64,000 bases of DNA from assembly GCA_048013815.1 (NCBI GenBank), contig CM106585.1:13826001-13890000 (forward strand). The letters run 5' to 3'. Positions 1-10,420 of this stretch are shown here, one piece after another (position 1 is the stretch's first letter; each line of letters starts with the position of its first letter). The notes beneath the pieces are model-generated. The model ran no database searches. It worked only from the letters and a program-made list of their open reading frames with translations, and was not told where the DNA came from. Source of the stretch: Setoptus koraiensis (taxonomy: Eukaryota > Animalia > Arthropoda). Both the position numbers and the translations under genes were made by a program.

Positions 1-431
1 GCTTGACTACGTTTCTTGACTATGGCAACGGAATAATGGCCTCTGTCCAGCTTTCCTGGACCATATTTTTCAATCATGATTGGACTCAAACTATGGTAAC
101 GGCCCGCCACTTCGATCTCTCCCGGATCTAATAGAACGAGATCGGCTCGTTCATCATCTATCATACTCATACATTGATCCTTGTCTATGGCCTGTATGCA
201 GTCTAAATTCAATTCCAGAGGTTCCTGGCCAAATGATGCCTGCTTATTGACATCCTCAATGGCTTTAGACCATTCGTTACATTTCTTTTGTTCATGAGTG
301 CTAACGGTGCACCATGATACTCGTTCACGTCTGTAAGGATTTTCTTGGCAGTGGATGGATTGCAAACAATTGAAAAATAATATAAAGAGACACGAGGTAA
401 TCTTGACCCTAACTGTCATTGTTCTAATCAT
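1..431 (-). CDS. Transferrin/melanotransferrin-family protein, 5' part (signal peptide plus start of N-lobe); continues beyond the left window edge
   Basis: Manual minus-strand translation from ATG 431 (in-frame TAG at 443-441 upstream) is open to base 1: MIRTMTVRVKITSCLFILFFNCLQSIHC-QENPYRRERVSWCTVSTHEQKKCNEWSKAI...LDCIQAIDKDQCMSMIDDERADLVLLDPGEIEVAGRYHSLSPIMIEKYGPGKLDRGHYSVAIVKKRSQ. It has a hydrophobic signal peptide and the transferrin lobe pattern (WC..E..KC; C......C...I....AD...LD.G; Y.VA.VKK). The paralogue cannot be assigned from this fragment. Confidence 0.9.
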   Translation of the reverse strand, partial: MIRTMTVRVKITSCLFILFFNCLQSIHCQENPYRRERVSWCTVSTHEQKKCNEWSKAIEDVNKQASFGQEPLELNLDCIQAIDKDQCMSMIDDERADLVLLDPGEIEVAGRYHSLSPIMIEKYGPGKLDRGHYSVAIVKKRSQ

Positions 432-747
432 ATCTTGAGCCTAAATATGTTTATTTGTACGGTAATATTTTATTCTTTATGTAAACTGACGATATCTTTG
501 ATTTACTTTCTTTGACGCGAAAGTGAGATTTCAGCAAAAGTGCAAGAATCTTAAGGTGTGGCCAAAGACTTTTGTTTCTCTCAGGTACTGTTGTTATTGT
601 AATCTTTAGTGCTGCGGCTGTTGTGCAATCAACTTTCTACTCTAATCAATTTCTTATCTTTTCAATGAATATAGTTACTATCATCAACACAATGATATTA
701 AAATCAGCTTTCTTAGAGTTGCGGTCATCTTTGGATAAGAAGTCGAA

Positions 748-753
748 TTTATT
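748..753 (-). terminator. Candidate polyadenylation signal (AATAAA) of Su(z)12
   Basis: TTTATT on the plus strand ~160 nt downstream of the Su(z)12 stop codon. Confidence 0.4.
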
Positions 754-911
754 CAATAGTTTTAAATCATAGATTCAAACAAAACTATGACGAACTTTAC
801 TTTATCTGATCAAACAATTGATAATTATTTCACCTACTATTATAGTACAATATTGTCAATGGAGAGTATATACTCGAAATTATAAAGAATAGGGCTCTCA
901 TTGGAACCAAT

Positions 912-2015
912 TCAACTATTCTTCATATCAACATGTGTGTAGGAGGAGTACAAGGCTTTTTTAGCTGGCGGCGATAGTTTATCTATGTAGGTTTGGGGTT
1001 CAAGTTTAGTCTTGTTAGAGGATATCTCATTGCGCATCTGATTGATTTTAAGAATGCATCTGTGAACGTCATCAGAACTTAATAATCCATAGTCATAGAG
1101 ATTAGCTAAATGAAGAGTTAAATTTTTGTAAAGTTTTTTAGCTAGAATTTCATGGCCGTAATCCTCGATGAAATGATAGCAAGCCCTGGGTATTTTTAAG
1201 TCACTTTTGTATCTACAATTTTGCATAATATGAAGGTTCCAACGTTTTAGTATTTCTTTTTCGCCCTCATTCACATCTGTAAATTCATCAATCATCAATT
1301 GTGTTCGCTCTCTTAACCAAGCGGGATCATTATCAGCCTCACTGTCTATGTCCACCTCATCTGGTTTAACAGGCAAACAGGTGGACGTGTGATAATATAA
1401 TCGATTGCGTATTGGCGCATTATTACATAGGCCCTCATCGCACATGTGATCATTAACTGAGGAGGTTTCGCTGACGATGGGTTTCTTAGATGGACGAGCG
1501 TAAATAACTTGAGTCTGTGTACCAATCAATATATTTTTGCCTTGCCTCTTGATGGGTCCATCGCGCGGTGTAAATCTAAAGTCTCTATTTACATCATGAC
1601 CGGGATGTTTGTAACCACAATAGGAGCCGTCGTAATTCGAATTGATGCCAATGTTAATATTGTAAATACCATTTGAAGTTGCTAGTTCCGATGTAAATCT
1701 TGAGTGGCAGTACTTGAGATGACCTAATAGACTGTGTATATTGCGTCCAGGAACATAACACCATGGACAAGATAGTGACGAATGTTTTGTTGTCTGGCAT
1801 ACTGAGTCCCCGCAATAAAAGTTGTAATGTATGATGACGGATCCCGGAGTGTTCTCTGCCTCGGAACGGATTTTTTCTGAGCGTAGTTTCATATAGGATA
1901 AATTTCTATGCAGAAATAGGGGCGAATCTTTGTGACGCGAAGCGAGATACCTATAGATTTGGGTGGGTGTTTGAAAGACCTCCATAAACCGTTTAAGTTG
2001 GCCCTGATCACTCAT
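912..2015 (-). CDS. Su(z)12: Polycomb repressive complex 2 subunit Su(z)12/SUZ12, intronless, 367 aa, internally shortened
   Basis: N-terminal ZnB helix (F..PTQIYRYL.SR....PLFLHRNLSYM), C2H2 finger (CPWC...SLLGHLKYCHSRF), YDGSY..GPIKR segment and VEFS box (NRLYYHTSTCLPV...DSE...DPAWLRERTQLMIDEFTDVNEGEKEILKRWNLHIM). ATG lies in a CCACCATG context. Confidence 0.95.
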   Translation of the reverse strand: MSDQGQLKRFMEVFQTPTQIYRYLASRHKDSPLFLHRNLSYMKLRSEKIRSEAENTPGSVIIHYNFYCGDSVCQTTKHSSLSCPWCYVPGRNIHSLLGHLKYCHSRFTSELATSNGIYNINIGINSNYDGSYCGYKHPGHDVNRDFRFTPRDGPIKRQGKNILIGTQTQVIYARPSKKPIVSETSSVNDHMCDEGLCNNAPIRNRLYYHTSTCLPVKPDEVDIDSEADNDPAWLRERTQLMIDEFTDVNEGEKEILKRWNLHIMQNCRYKSDLKIPRACYHFIEDYGHEILAKKLYKNLTLHLANLYDYGLLSSDDVHRCILKINQMRNEISSNKTKLEPQTYIDKLSPPAKKALYSSYTHVDMKNS

Positions 2016-2730
2016 GGTGGTGTTGTGAAGTGCAACAGTGAATTCTTTACCTGGGATAATATATATACAACAAATGTATAAGATAGGATATATACAAATT
2101 GTAAACTATCAGCGACAGTGCGTGGTATGTGATGCTGACGATCATGTGCTATAAGTCAGAAGTTCTATCGGCGGACCGTCTGTCTCGAGGTTCGTCTGAT
2201 TATGTGTGTGTGTGTGTGTGTGCGAAATTCGAAATTTTCGTATTACTGTGCTGGCAGCAAATAAATGCAACAAGAGTGCAGAGTGCATTGTGTGCGCTTT
2301 TTCGAATTGCATTAGTGAGTCTTTTTTCGAGCCGCCAGAAGCGCGCAGAGCGTCCTCGGATGCACACGCAAGCTGGGAGTGTTGCACTGGATGTTTATTT
2401 ATTTTGATTCGATTGAGCCCGCATGCGAGCGCATGCAATTTTGACGCGAGGTGGCGCATCGGCCGTTCACATTATTTCGCGCGGTCCTGCAGATGCGCAC
2501 TCCGCAGCATGAACTGCTACCAGCTCGAACCGTTTAAGATGAATCAAGCGCGCCGCCCTGGCGCAATAAAAGAAAACTAGCGCTGGCCATTGGAAATAGC
2601 GCACCCAGTGCAGTGGCACGGCACACACACACACACACGAGCACAGAATTGCAGTTCAGAGCCAAAATGGCGCTCTATGCGGCCATTTTCACAGCTCACA
2701 CTCTCGCAAACTCACACACACACACACACG

Positions 2731-2775
<45 letters not shown>

Positions 2776-3608
2776 TCCTAGATACACGCACGCACAAAGA
2801 GATAGCATCAGGCAAATGAACACACGCACAGACACACAAACACGGTTCACAGGCCATTTGCCCTATGAGAGGCGCTCTGTGCCTGTATGTGTTAGTGTGT
2901 GAGCATTGAGTGTAGCGAGTTTATATTCAAACAGACGCAGTGCGAAAGCGCAGTGTCCGATTTGCGAAAACCACGAATAGCGAGTGAGTGTGAGCTAACA
3001 AGAGCGGCACCACCAGCAGCAGCAGCAGCCAGTAGCTGTAGCTGTGTAACAAGCGCGCTAAATCAATCGCTGTGCGCCAACTATTTGTGAGTGCGTGTGT
3101 CACTTTGTTGCCGCTCTCGCCTCGGGTGCGTGCGTCAATTTCTGTGTCAATCTAAAAGGTGCACTAACACACGAATTCATAAAAGAAAACATCATCATAT
3201 TTTTGACTGGCCCAATCGTCTCCCTTTCGAATCCGACAACACGTTTATATTTATACACACTGACATTTGCTAGTATTATCATTATTATCCCAATTAATTA
3301 ATTTTGCATGATGTGTCTGGCATTGCGTCCGCTATCATTACCGCTGGCACCACAACCATATTCACCACTGACAGTACCGCCACCACATAAACAACGAATA
3401 ATTATTATTTGGAAAACAACAAACACAACAGGCCTCTTGTAATATAGAATTCGTCATAGGATCACTCAACATTTATCCCCCATCACTAATATTATTATCA
3501 TTATCCCATAGCCAACAACAATTGTATCAATGTTATTAACGCATGATTGAACAATCCTCAGGTAGCATAAGTAACAACCAAACACACAATTTACTTTTGA
3601 AATAGACC
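2016..3608. promoter_or_regulatory. Divergent (head-to-head) promoter/5'UTR interval between Su(z)12 and SMC3
   Basis: Both genes point away from this 1.6-kb interval. It contains (TG)10, a 63-bp (CA/CG)n tract, an inverted AAAATGGC...GCCATTTT pair (2664-2689) and a CTCF-core-like ACGCGAGGTGGCGC (2444-2457). Confidence 0.55.
2713..2775. repeat. (CA)n microsatellite with CG interruptions (continuous alternating purine-pyrimidine tract)
   Basis: Read directly. Confidence 0.95.
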
Positions 3609-6600
3609 ATGTATATTAAACAGGTAAGAATCTCGCGCCCAATCATCTCATATACTTAAAACTCTCCATTCACATTTCACAACAACGTACACCACATCTA
3701 ACAATTCTTTACAATTCTTCCTTGTCTCTCAACAAATAACCAATTCCAGTTAATCATCCAGGGGTTTAGATCCTACCGTGACCAAGTGGCAGTGGAACCA
3801 TTCAGCCCCAAACATAATGTCATAGTTGGACGTAACGGATCAGGAAAGAGCAACTTCTTTTATGCAATACAATTTGTCCTTAGCGATGAATTCTCACATT
3901 TAAGTGCCGAAGAACGTCAACAGCTTCTGCATGAAGGCACCGGTCAAAGGACTATGACTGCGTATGTCGAAATAGTCTTTGATAATAGTGACAATAGACT
4001 GCCAACTGACGAGCCACTCGTACCTCTAAGAAGACAATTCGGTGTTAAAAAAGATGAATATTTTTGGTGCAAGAAGAAGCACACCCGAAGTGAAGTCATG
4101 AACATGTTAGAGACTGCCGGTTTCTCTAGAAGTAATCCCTATTACATTGTTAAGCAAGGTAAAATAAACCAAATGGCCACAGCACCAGATAATCAGCGTC
4201 TCAAGATTCTCAAAGAAGTTGCTGGTATTCGCACCTTCGATGAAAACAAAGATGAATCTCATCAGTTAATTAACGTGTCCAGAGACAAACTAGAGATGGT
4301 CATTGGACTCATAGAATCCATTGAAAAGAAATTAGAGACTTTAGAGGGAGAAAAGGAAGAGCTGAAAGAATATCAGAAGTGGGATAAAATGCGCAGAGCT
4401 GTGGAGTACTCAATATTTAACAACGAGCTCGAAGATAGCCGCAAAAAACAACGAGAGCTTGAAGAAAGGAGAGAAAACTCTACATCCATAACTGAAAAAC
4501 TCAAAGAAAAATTGCAGAAATCTGCTGAAAGAATCAAAGATGCCAACAAAGAAGTCAAAGAAGTCCGAGAACAACTTAGAATCAATCGTGATGAAAAAGA
4601 AACTTTGCAACAAGATTTGGGTACATTCTTGAAGGATAAAACACGATTGGAGTTGCACATTAGGGATCTCATCGATGAAGTAGAAGGCGATGCCAACTCA
4701 AAACATAGAGCCGAGGGTGAGATGGTATCTTTAAGAGAGAAGATTGCTGAACGTCAAGCTGAACTCAACCAGATCAAACCGAAGTATGAAGAAGAAAAAA
4801 GAAGAGAGGAAGAGTGTGCCCGGTTACTAGCTCTAAAACAGCAAAAACGATCTGAGTTATATGCTCGCCAAGGAAGAGGATCTCAATTTACATCAAAATC
4901 AGAAAGAGATACTTGGATACAAAATGAATTGAAATCTTTGCGCAAGAATATAAACGACAAAAAGCAGCAAATTTCTCGTCTTAAAGACGACCTCGCCCGT
5001 GATGCTAGGAGAAAAGGCGAACTTGAAAAAAAGATTGAAGAATTGACCCAAGAATTAGACAATAACAGATCTAGCATCGATACTCAGAATAAGACTTTCT
5101 ATGATATGAAAAAGAAGAAAGACAATCTCCAAAACGAGCGAAATGATTTGTGGCGCCAAGAGAACATGATGCAATCTTCTCTAAATACCCTCAATGAAGA
5201 ACTGGCCAAAAAAGACCATATACTTAGGCGGTTGGTTGGAAAGACCCTCCTTAATGGTCGAGATAGTGTGCAAAAAGTTCTTCAGCATTTTCGAGAACAA
5301 GGAGGTCAGATGGCAAAAATTGCCAATGGTTATTATGGTATGCTCATTGAAAACTTGAATTGTGACAAAGAATTCTATACAGCTGTGGAAATGACTGCGG
5401 GAAATAAATTATTTCATCATGTGGTTGAACGGGACGACGTCGGTACTAAAATTCTCCAAGAGATGAATAAAATGCGTCTTCCTGGAGAGGTCACATTCAT
5501 GCCCTTGAATAGACTACAGGACAGAAAGATTGATTATCCCAACACAAAGGATGCTGTACCATTAATTAACAAAGTTAACTATGAGAAGAAAGTTGATGTA
5601 GTCATGAAATTCATATTCGGTAAGACTTTGATTTGTCGAACACTGGAGGTGGCTACATCCCTTGCAAAGGGTCGAACATTAGATTGCATTACTCTCGATG
5701 GAGATCAAGTATCGCACAAAGGTTCACTGACCGGTGGTTATTTTGACTCATCTAGAGACACAAGATTGAAAATTCATACTGATCATGGAAAGTTAACTAA
5801 GGAAGTCACGGAACAGAAAGCTAAGTTGGCCGAACTACTAAAGACTCTCACTGACATAGAAACTCAAATTAATCAAGTCGTTAGTGAAATGCAAAAATCA
5901 GAGACAAAAAACAGTAAAAACAAAGACACTTATGATAAGATGAAAGCTGACATTAGGCTTCTTAAAGACGAACTATCGACTATCGAACGATCTAAACAAC
6001 CCAAAGAGAGGAGTCTCATGAGTCATGAATCCAGCCTAAAATCAATGGAGTCCTCTCAGGAATCATTCTCTAACGAGATTCAGCAAGATCTCACGAAGGA
6101 GCTTTCTGTGACGGATCAGCAACAGGTGAATGCTCTAGATGAAGAAATCGCGAAATTGAAAGTTGAGAACTCGGGAGCGTTTAGTGCTCGTATGAGCCTC
6201 GAAGCCCAGAAAAATAAATTGGAGAATTTACTGAACAACAATTTATGTCGTAGACGTGATGAACTGGAGGCAGCCCTACATGAAATATCAATCGAAGAGA
6301 GGCAGCAAAAACTCGAAGGGGAGCGACAGGAGCTTGCTACGATAGACCAGCGAATAGATGCGGTGAGCGAGAAGATTCAAAAGTTGGACAAGATTATAGC
6401 CCGCAATCAAGAGAAGCTTCTCAAGGCTCAATCGATTATGGAGGAGGCTAAACGAGAAGAGAATGAAATCATTGAGCGCTTGAACGAAGATGTCAAGGAT
6501 CTGGAAAAGATATCCAGCAAAAAATCTGTCCTAAGTAAAAAAATTGAGGATTGCATGAAAAAGATACGTGAATTAGGTACCCTTCCAAGTGATGCAGAGA

Positions 6601-7466
6601 CGAAGTACTCACGACTCGGCTTGAAACAGCTCTACAAAAAACTCGAGCAGTGTAATCACGAATTGCAAAAGTATAGTCATGTAAATAAGAAAGCACTGGA
6701 TCAATATCTTGAATTCAGTGAAAGAAAGGAGACTCTTCTCGAAAGGAAACAAAAGATTGATGCAGAATACACTGCTATTTCCGACCTCATTAATACATTG
6801 GAACAGAGGAAATACAACGACATACAAACGACATTCAGCTTGGTATCTCAACATTTCAGTGATGTTTTCAAAAAACTTGTGCCCAATGGTAAAGCCAGTC
6901 TTGTCATGAGAACAGCGGACACTAATGATAGTACTGCATCCAGTATTGATTCCATGAATCGAGGAGGACCAGTAGGTATTGAAGCCGTCACAGGTGTAGG
7001 TATAAGGGTGTCTTTTACTGGTTCATTGGCTGAAATGAAGGATATGCAGCAACTTTCAGGAGGACAAAAATCTATCGTAGCCTTAGCATTCATTTTCGGA
7101 ATTCAAAAATGTGATCCTGCCCCTTTTTACCTTTTCGACGAGATCGATCAAGCTCTTGACCCCCAATATAGAAAATCTGTCGCAGAAATGATTCATGAAC
7201 TTGCTAGCACTGCTCAATTTATTACTACCACTTTCCGACCTGAACTTCTTGAAAATGCAGACAAGTTCTATGGAGTCAAATTCAGGGACAGGGTAAGTTT
7301 TAATAAATACGAATCATTTGCGTGTTGCTATCACATGCATCAAACATTGATCTGATCTTTTGCCATTGTTTCTCTTTCACTATCTACTTTACAGGTCAGT
7401 CATATCGAGGTTGTGAGCAAAGAAGAAGCTCAGGATTTCGTGGAAGACGACCAGGCTCATACCTAA
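3609..7466 (+). CDS. SMC3: Cohesin subunit SMC3, join(3609..3623,3750..7292,7395..7466), 1209 aa
   Basis: Exon 1 MYIKQ then CAG|GTAAGA; acceptor TTCCAG at 3749 gives LIIQGFRSYRDQ in frame with the 3786 ORF. Walker A GRNGSGKSN, acetylation-site KK (FGVKKDEYF), hinge (GYYGMLIE; LDGD..KGSLTGGY), signature LSGGQ and Walker B FYLFDEIDQALD are present. Donor AGG|GTAAGT at 7293 and acceptor TTTACAG at 7394 give the last exon VSHIEVVSKEEAQDFVEDDQAHT-stop, matching the SMC3 C-terminus. Confidence 0.97.
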
Positions 7467-7741
7467 TCGTCAACTGATTTTTCAGATTGAACCAATTAAT
7501 CGTATATAGGATTCCATTGGCCCACCTATCAAATTGTTTTCCCAAACTATGTAGAAATTCGATTTATTGGACAATCTCAGTGATCTGACATATGCACGAT
7601 ACAACAAGTTTAGATGAAATACTCACCGTTGCCATGGATACATTTTATTTTGTTCCATCATCATATTTTGAGTCAAAAAGAGTCACAACTCCAAAACTCA
7701 TCCAAAATGATTTAAAAACTTATACATTGATTATTATAAAT

Positions 7742-7747
7742 AATAAA
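7742..7747 (+). terminator. Candidate polyadenylation signal of SMC3
   Basis: AATAAA ~280 nt after the stop codon and ~120 nt before the kinase ATG. Confidence 0.4.
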
Positions 7748-7868
7748 TTCTATCTATAAAAATCGAGTACTATGCCCATTGTTAGTCTATTAATATATCA
7801 CATCATTTTTGATAGCTTGGTTGACGTTGGCTAAGCGTTAATTTCAATATTCAACAAATTCTCCTGTG

Positions 7869-9090
7869 ATGGCTCTATCAATGAATGATTTTGATCAACT
7901 TGGATCTATCGATGTCTCCAATGACAAGACTAGGTACTATGAATTATCGGTGCTTCACCAAGGACGTGACTCAATCGTTTTTCTAGCCACTGACAGAAAA
8001 CCCGAGAATGAAGCTCCGGCCAACGCTAACTCTGACAAGGGAATTTATTATGCAATTAAAAAGATTACTCTGGCAGGGGCATTTTCCGACATTCTATCAA
8101 GATTGACAAATCTTTCTACAGATATTAAAAGAAGATTTCTCTACTGCGAAAGAGAAATTGAGACTTTGAGAACTCTCAGAGGACATCCAAACGTAAGTAG
8201 CGAATTAATGAATTGATTGTTCTGATCTAAACAATACTGTCGTGACGACACGATAAAAATTGAATCTACAACATAGCATTCATTTCAATGTATATTTTGG
8301 TTTGACTTATCAGATTGTTGAGCTGTTGGGAGTGACAAGAACAGATTGCACATTCAATCTTATATTTGTTTATTGCGAGACAACTCTTTGGACACTGATA
8401 CATACAGAGAAGTGGTTCAGATTTAAAGAATCGGAACATGCTGAACAATTTCTCAACTTGGACAAGATTAGACAATGTAGCAGGATGATATTGCAAGGTT
8501 TGGCACATTGTCATGTCCACTCTATAGTGCATCGTGATCTAAAACCGTCTAACATTCTGATGGACCAACAATGTGTCTTTAAGCTGGCCGATTTTGGTCA
8601 GGCGCGCACAATTAGTATGGATAGTAGCGATAATAAAGATAGAGATGGACATGATACATGTGAGGATCAGCGTCAAATGTTGACTGCACTGGTTGGAACA
8701 AGATATTACAAATCACCTGAGCTGTTGTACGGGAGTATCAACTATAACAACTCGGTAGACATGTGGTCATTTGGTTGTGTACTGGCCGAGATATGCCTTG
8801 GTCACATATTGTTTCCTGGCAACAGCGACATTGAACAATTGATGCTGATAGTGGAAGCGATAGGGGAGGCGCCGTCTAGCAATTTCAACGGGTCACAAAT
8901 GGTTGATTACAACAAGATTATAATAGAGAGTGTAAGGTCAAGAGAGGAATCAGTGGAGAATTTAAAGAAGAACATATTGATGCCCATGATTGGCCATAAT
9001 AATTGTGTTGATCTTATAACAAATCTGTGCACTTATGAGAATCGTTTAAATGTTGAGCAAGCTCTAGGTCATGATTTCTTTTCTGAATGA
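7869..9090 (+). CDS. CDK20: Divergent CDK20/CCRK-like CMGC kinase, join(7869..8192,8314..9090), 366 aa
   Basis: YAIKK lysine, REIETLR..HPN|IVELL across a phase-0 GTAAGT...TTATCAG intron (8193-8313), HRDLKPSN, DFGQAR, VGTRYYKSPELLYGS, VDMWSFGCVLAE, LFPGNSDIEQL and DYNKI. The ELLYG, PG..DIEQL and DYNKI motifs are CCRK/CDK20-like. Kinase identity is secure; orthology is less so. Confidence 0.75.
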
Positions 9091-9322
9091 ACGAGACCAG
9101 AATAACCATGGGCATTATCATATGTGCACTGGATGAGATTTGGATGAATGTAAAACAGGGAGAGAGAGATACAGGTAGACACATTGGGGTAGTTGTGCAC
9201 CACATAATGCGATGTGGATGTATAAATGTGTTTTGCTTATTTGTGTGAACATGTTACCTGGATTATGGACAAACGCATACGAGAGACGCACTGAAATTAT
9301 AATAGTAATAGTTGAAAATGAG

Positions 9323-9339
9323 AATAAAAATAAAATAAA
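9323..9339 (+). terminator. Candidate polyadenylation signals (overlapping AATAAA) of the CDK20-like gene
   Basis: AATAAAAATAAAATAAA ~235 nt after the stop codon. Confidence 0.4.
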
Positions 9340-9632
9340 AAGCAGCCAGAGCCACGGCGGCAGCAGCAACATACAGATAGAAAAAGCAGCAGCAGACTGC
9401 ATAAAGTGTGTGGAATCAGAACAAATTAATTCATAGGCATCGGCTCGCACACTCACATATCCTTTTTAATTACTGGCTCTCCACATCAAGCAACATGATT
9501 GATTAGCTGGCTGGATGGGCTGCTTTTGGCTAGTCACAATGTAGTGAGAATGCTGGCGATAACTAGAGTAGCGAAGGAGTGAGCTTCGGCAGCTAGATCG
9601 GCGGCGCATTTTGGCGAGCCAACTGCCTATAC

Positions 9633-9640
9633 TATAAATA
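9633..9640 (+). promoter_or_regulatory. TATA-box-like TATAAATA, possibly for an upstream non-coding exon of omb
   Basis: Consensus match at the compositional transition; a strong acceptor-like T9-CTCTACAG follows at 9811-9827. No transcript evidence. Confidence 0.25.
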
Positions 9641-10420
9641 AGCATGAGAGTGTGAGTATTGTCCATATAGACAAGTCGCTCGCTGGCGGCGGCGGCGGCG
9701 ATGGTGGCAGCTTTAGAGAATCACTTAATCACAACAACAACAACCACCACCAGCAGCACTACCACCACCACCACTTGTTCACATTACATAGCATCGACAC
9801 GGAATAATCTTTTTTTTTTCTCTACAGCTTCAGCGTGCCTACTTGTGAGAGCGCTCTGGCGTAACCATGCCAAGTGGCGATGGTGCTAGTTTTGGCAACT
9901 ACAACTTGAGGCTTTCGCAACACGACTACTAACTACAAACTATTAACTACCACTATTTATTAGTTTCATCATCACCGTTGCCGGGCAACCTCTTGAGCCA
10001 CCTCCACCGTCGCTACCATGGCCAGCGCCATGGCAGTAATCAGTGGTTGTGAGTGGCCGCGCCGAGACGGCCATTATAGACAACAACTTGTGTGTCTGCG
10101 GCAAGCTGTCGGCGGCGGTTACGACCGGCCGTCGCTGGCAAGCTAGACGCGCCGTGACGGGCAGCCGCCCATTGGATACGTGTTGCCGGCGTCGGATGCG
10201 GCTAGCGAACACAGTCGGTCGGACGGGCCAGATATTGTGCATATTTGGTGGGCATCATTATAAAATATTTCATATTTCATAGTGATATTTCGTGAGACAG
10301 AAGCCGGCCGATGGCAAGCTGGCGAGCTTGCAGCAATTTGTATGGTGGCCAAAGTGGTGGCCGATAAAACGCCGATTTGGCCCAAAAACTTTCAGGCCAG
10401 GTCGGGCATCGCGGAGCCGA

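Noticed and set aside
572-772. 66-aa hydrophobic ORF with an upstream acceptor-like TCTCTCAG
   Set aside because: Starts at TTG. The only nearby ATG exon (447-461) splices out of frame to an immediate stop. It overlaps the expected Su(z)12 3'UTR and transferrin promoter on the other strand.
3786-7355. ORF-track boundaries for SMC3 (and likewise 7866, 8260, 12964, 27999 for the other genes)
   Set aside because: These starts and ends are alternative-codon or intron read-through artefacts; splice-aware boundaries are given in the features.
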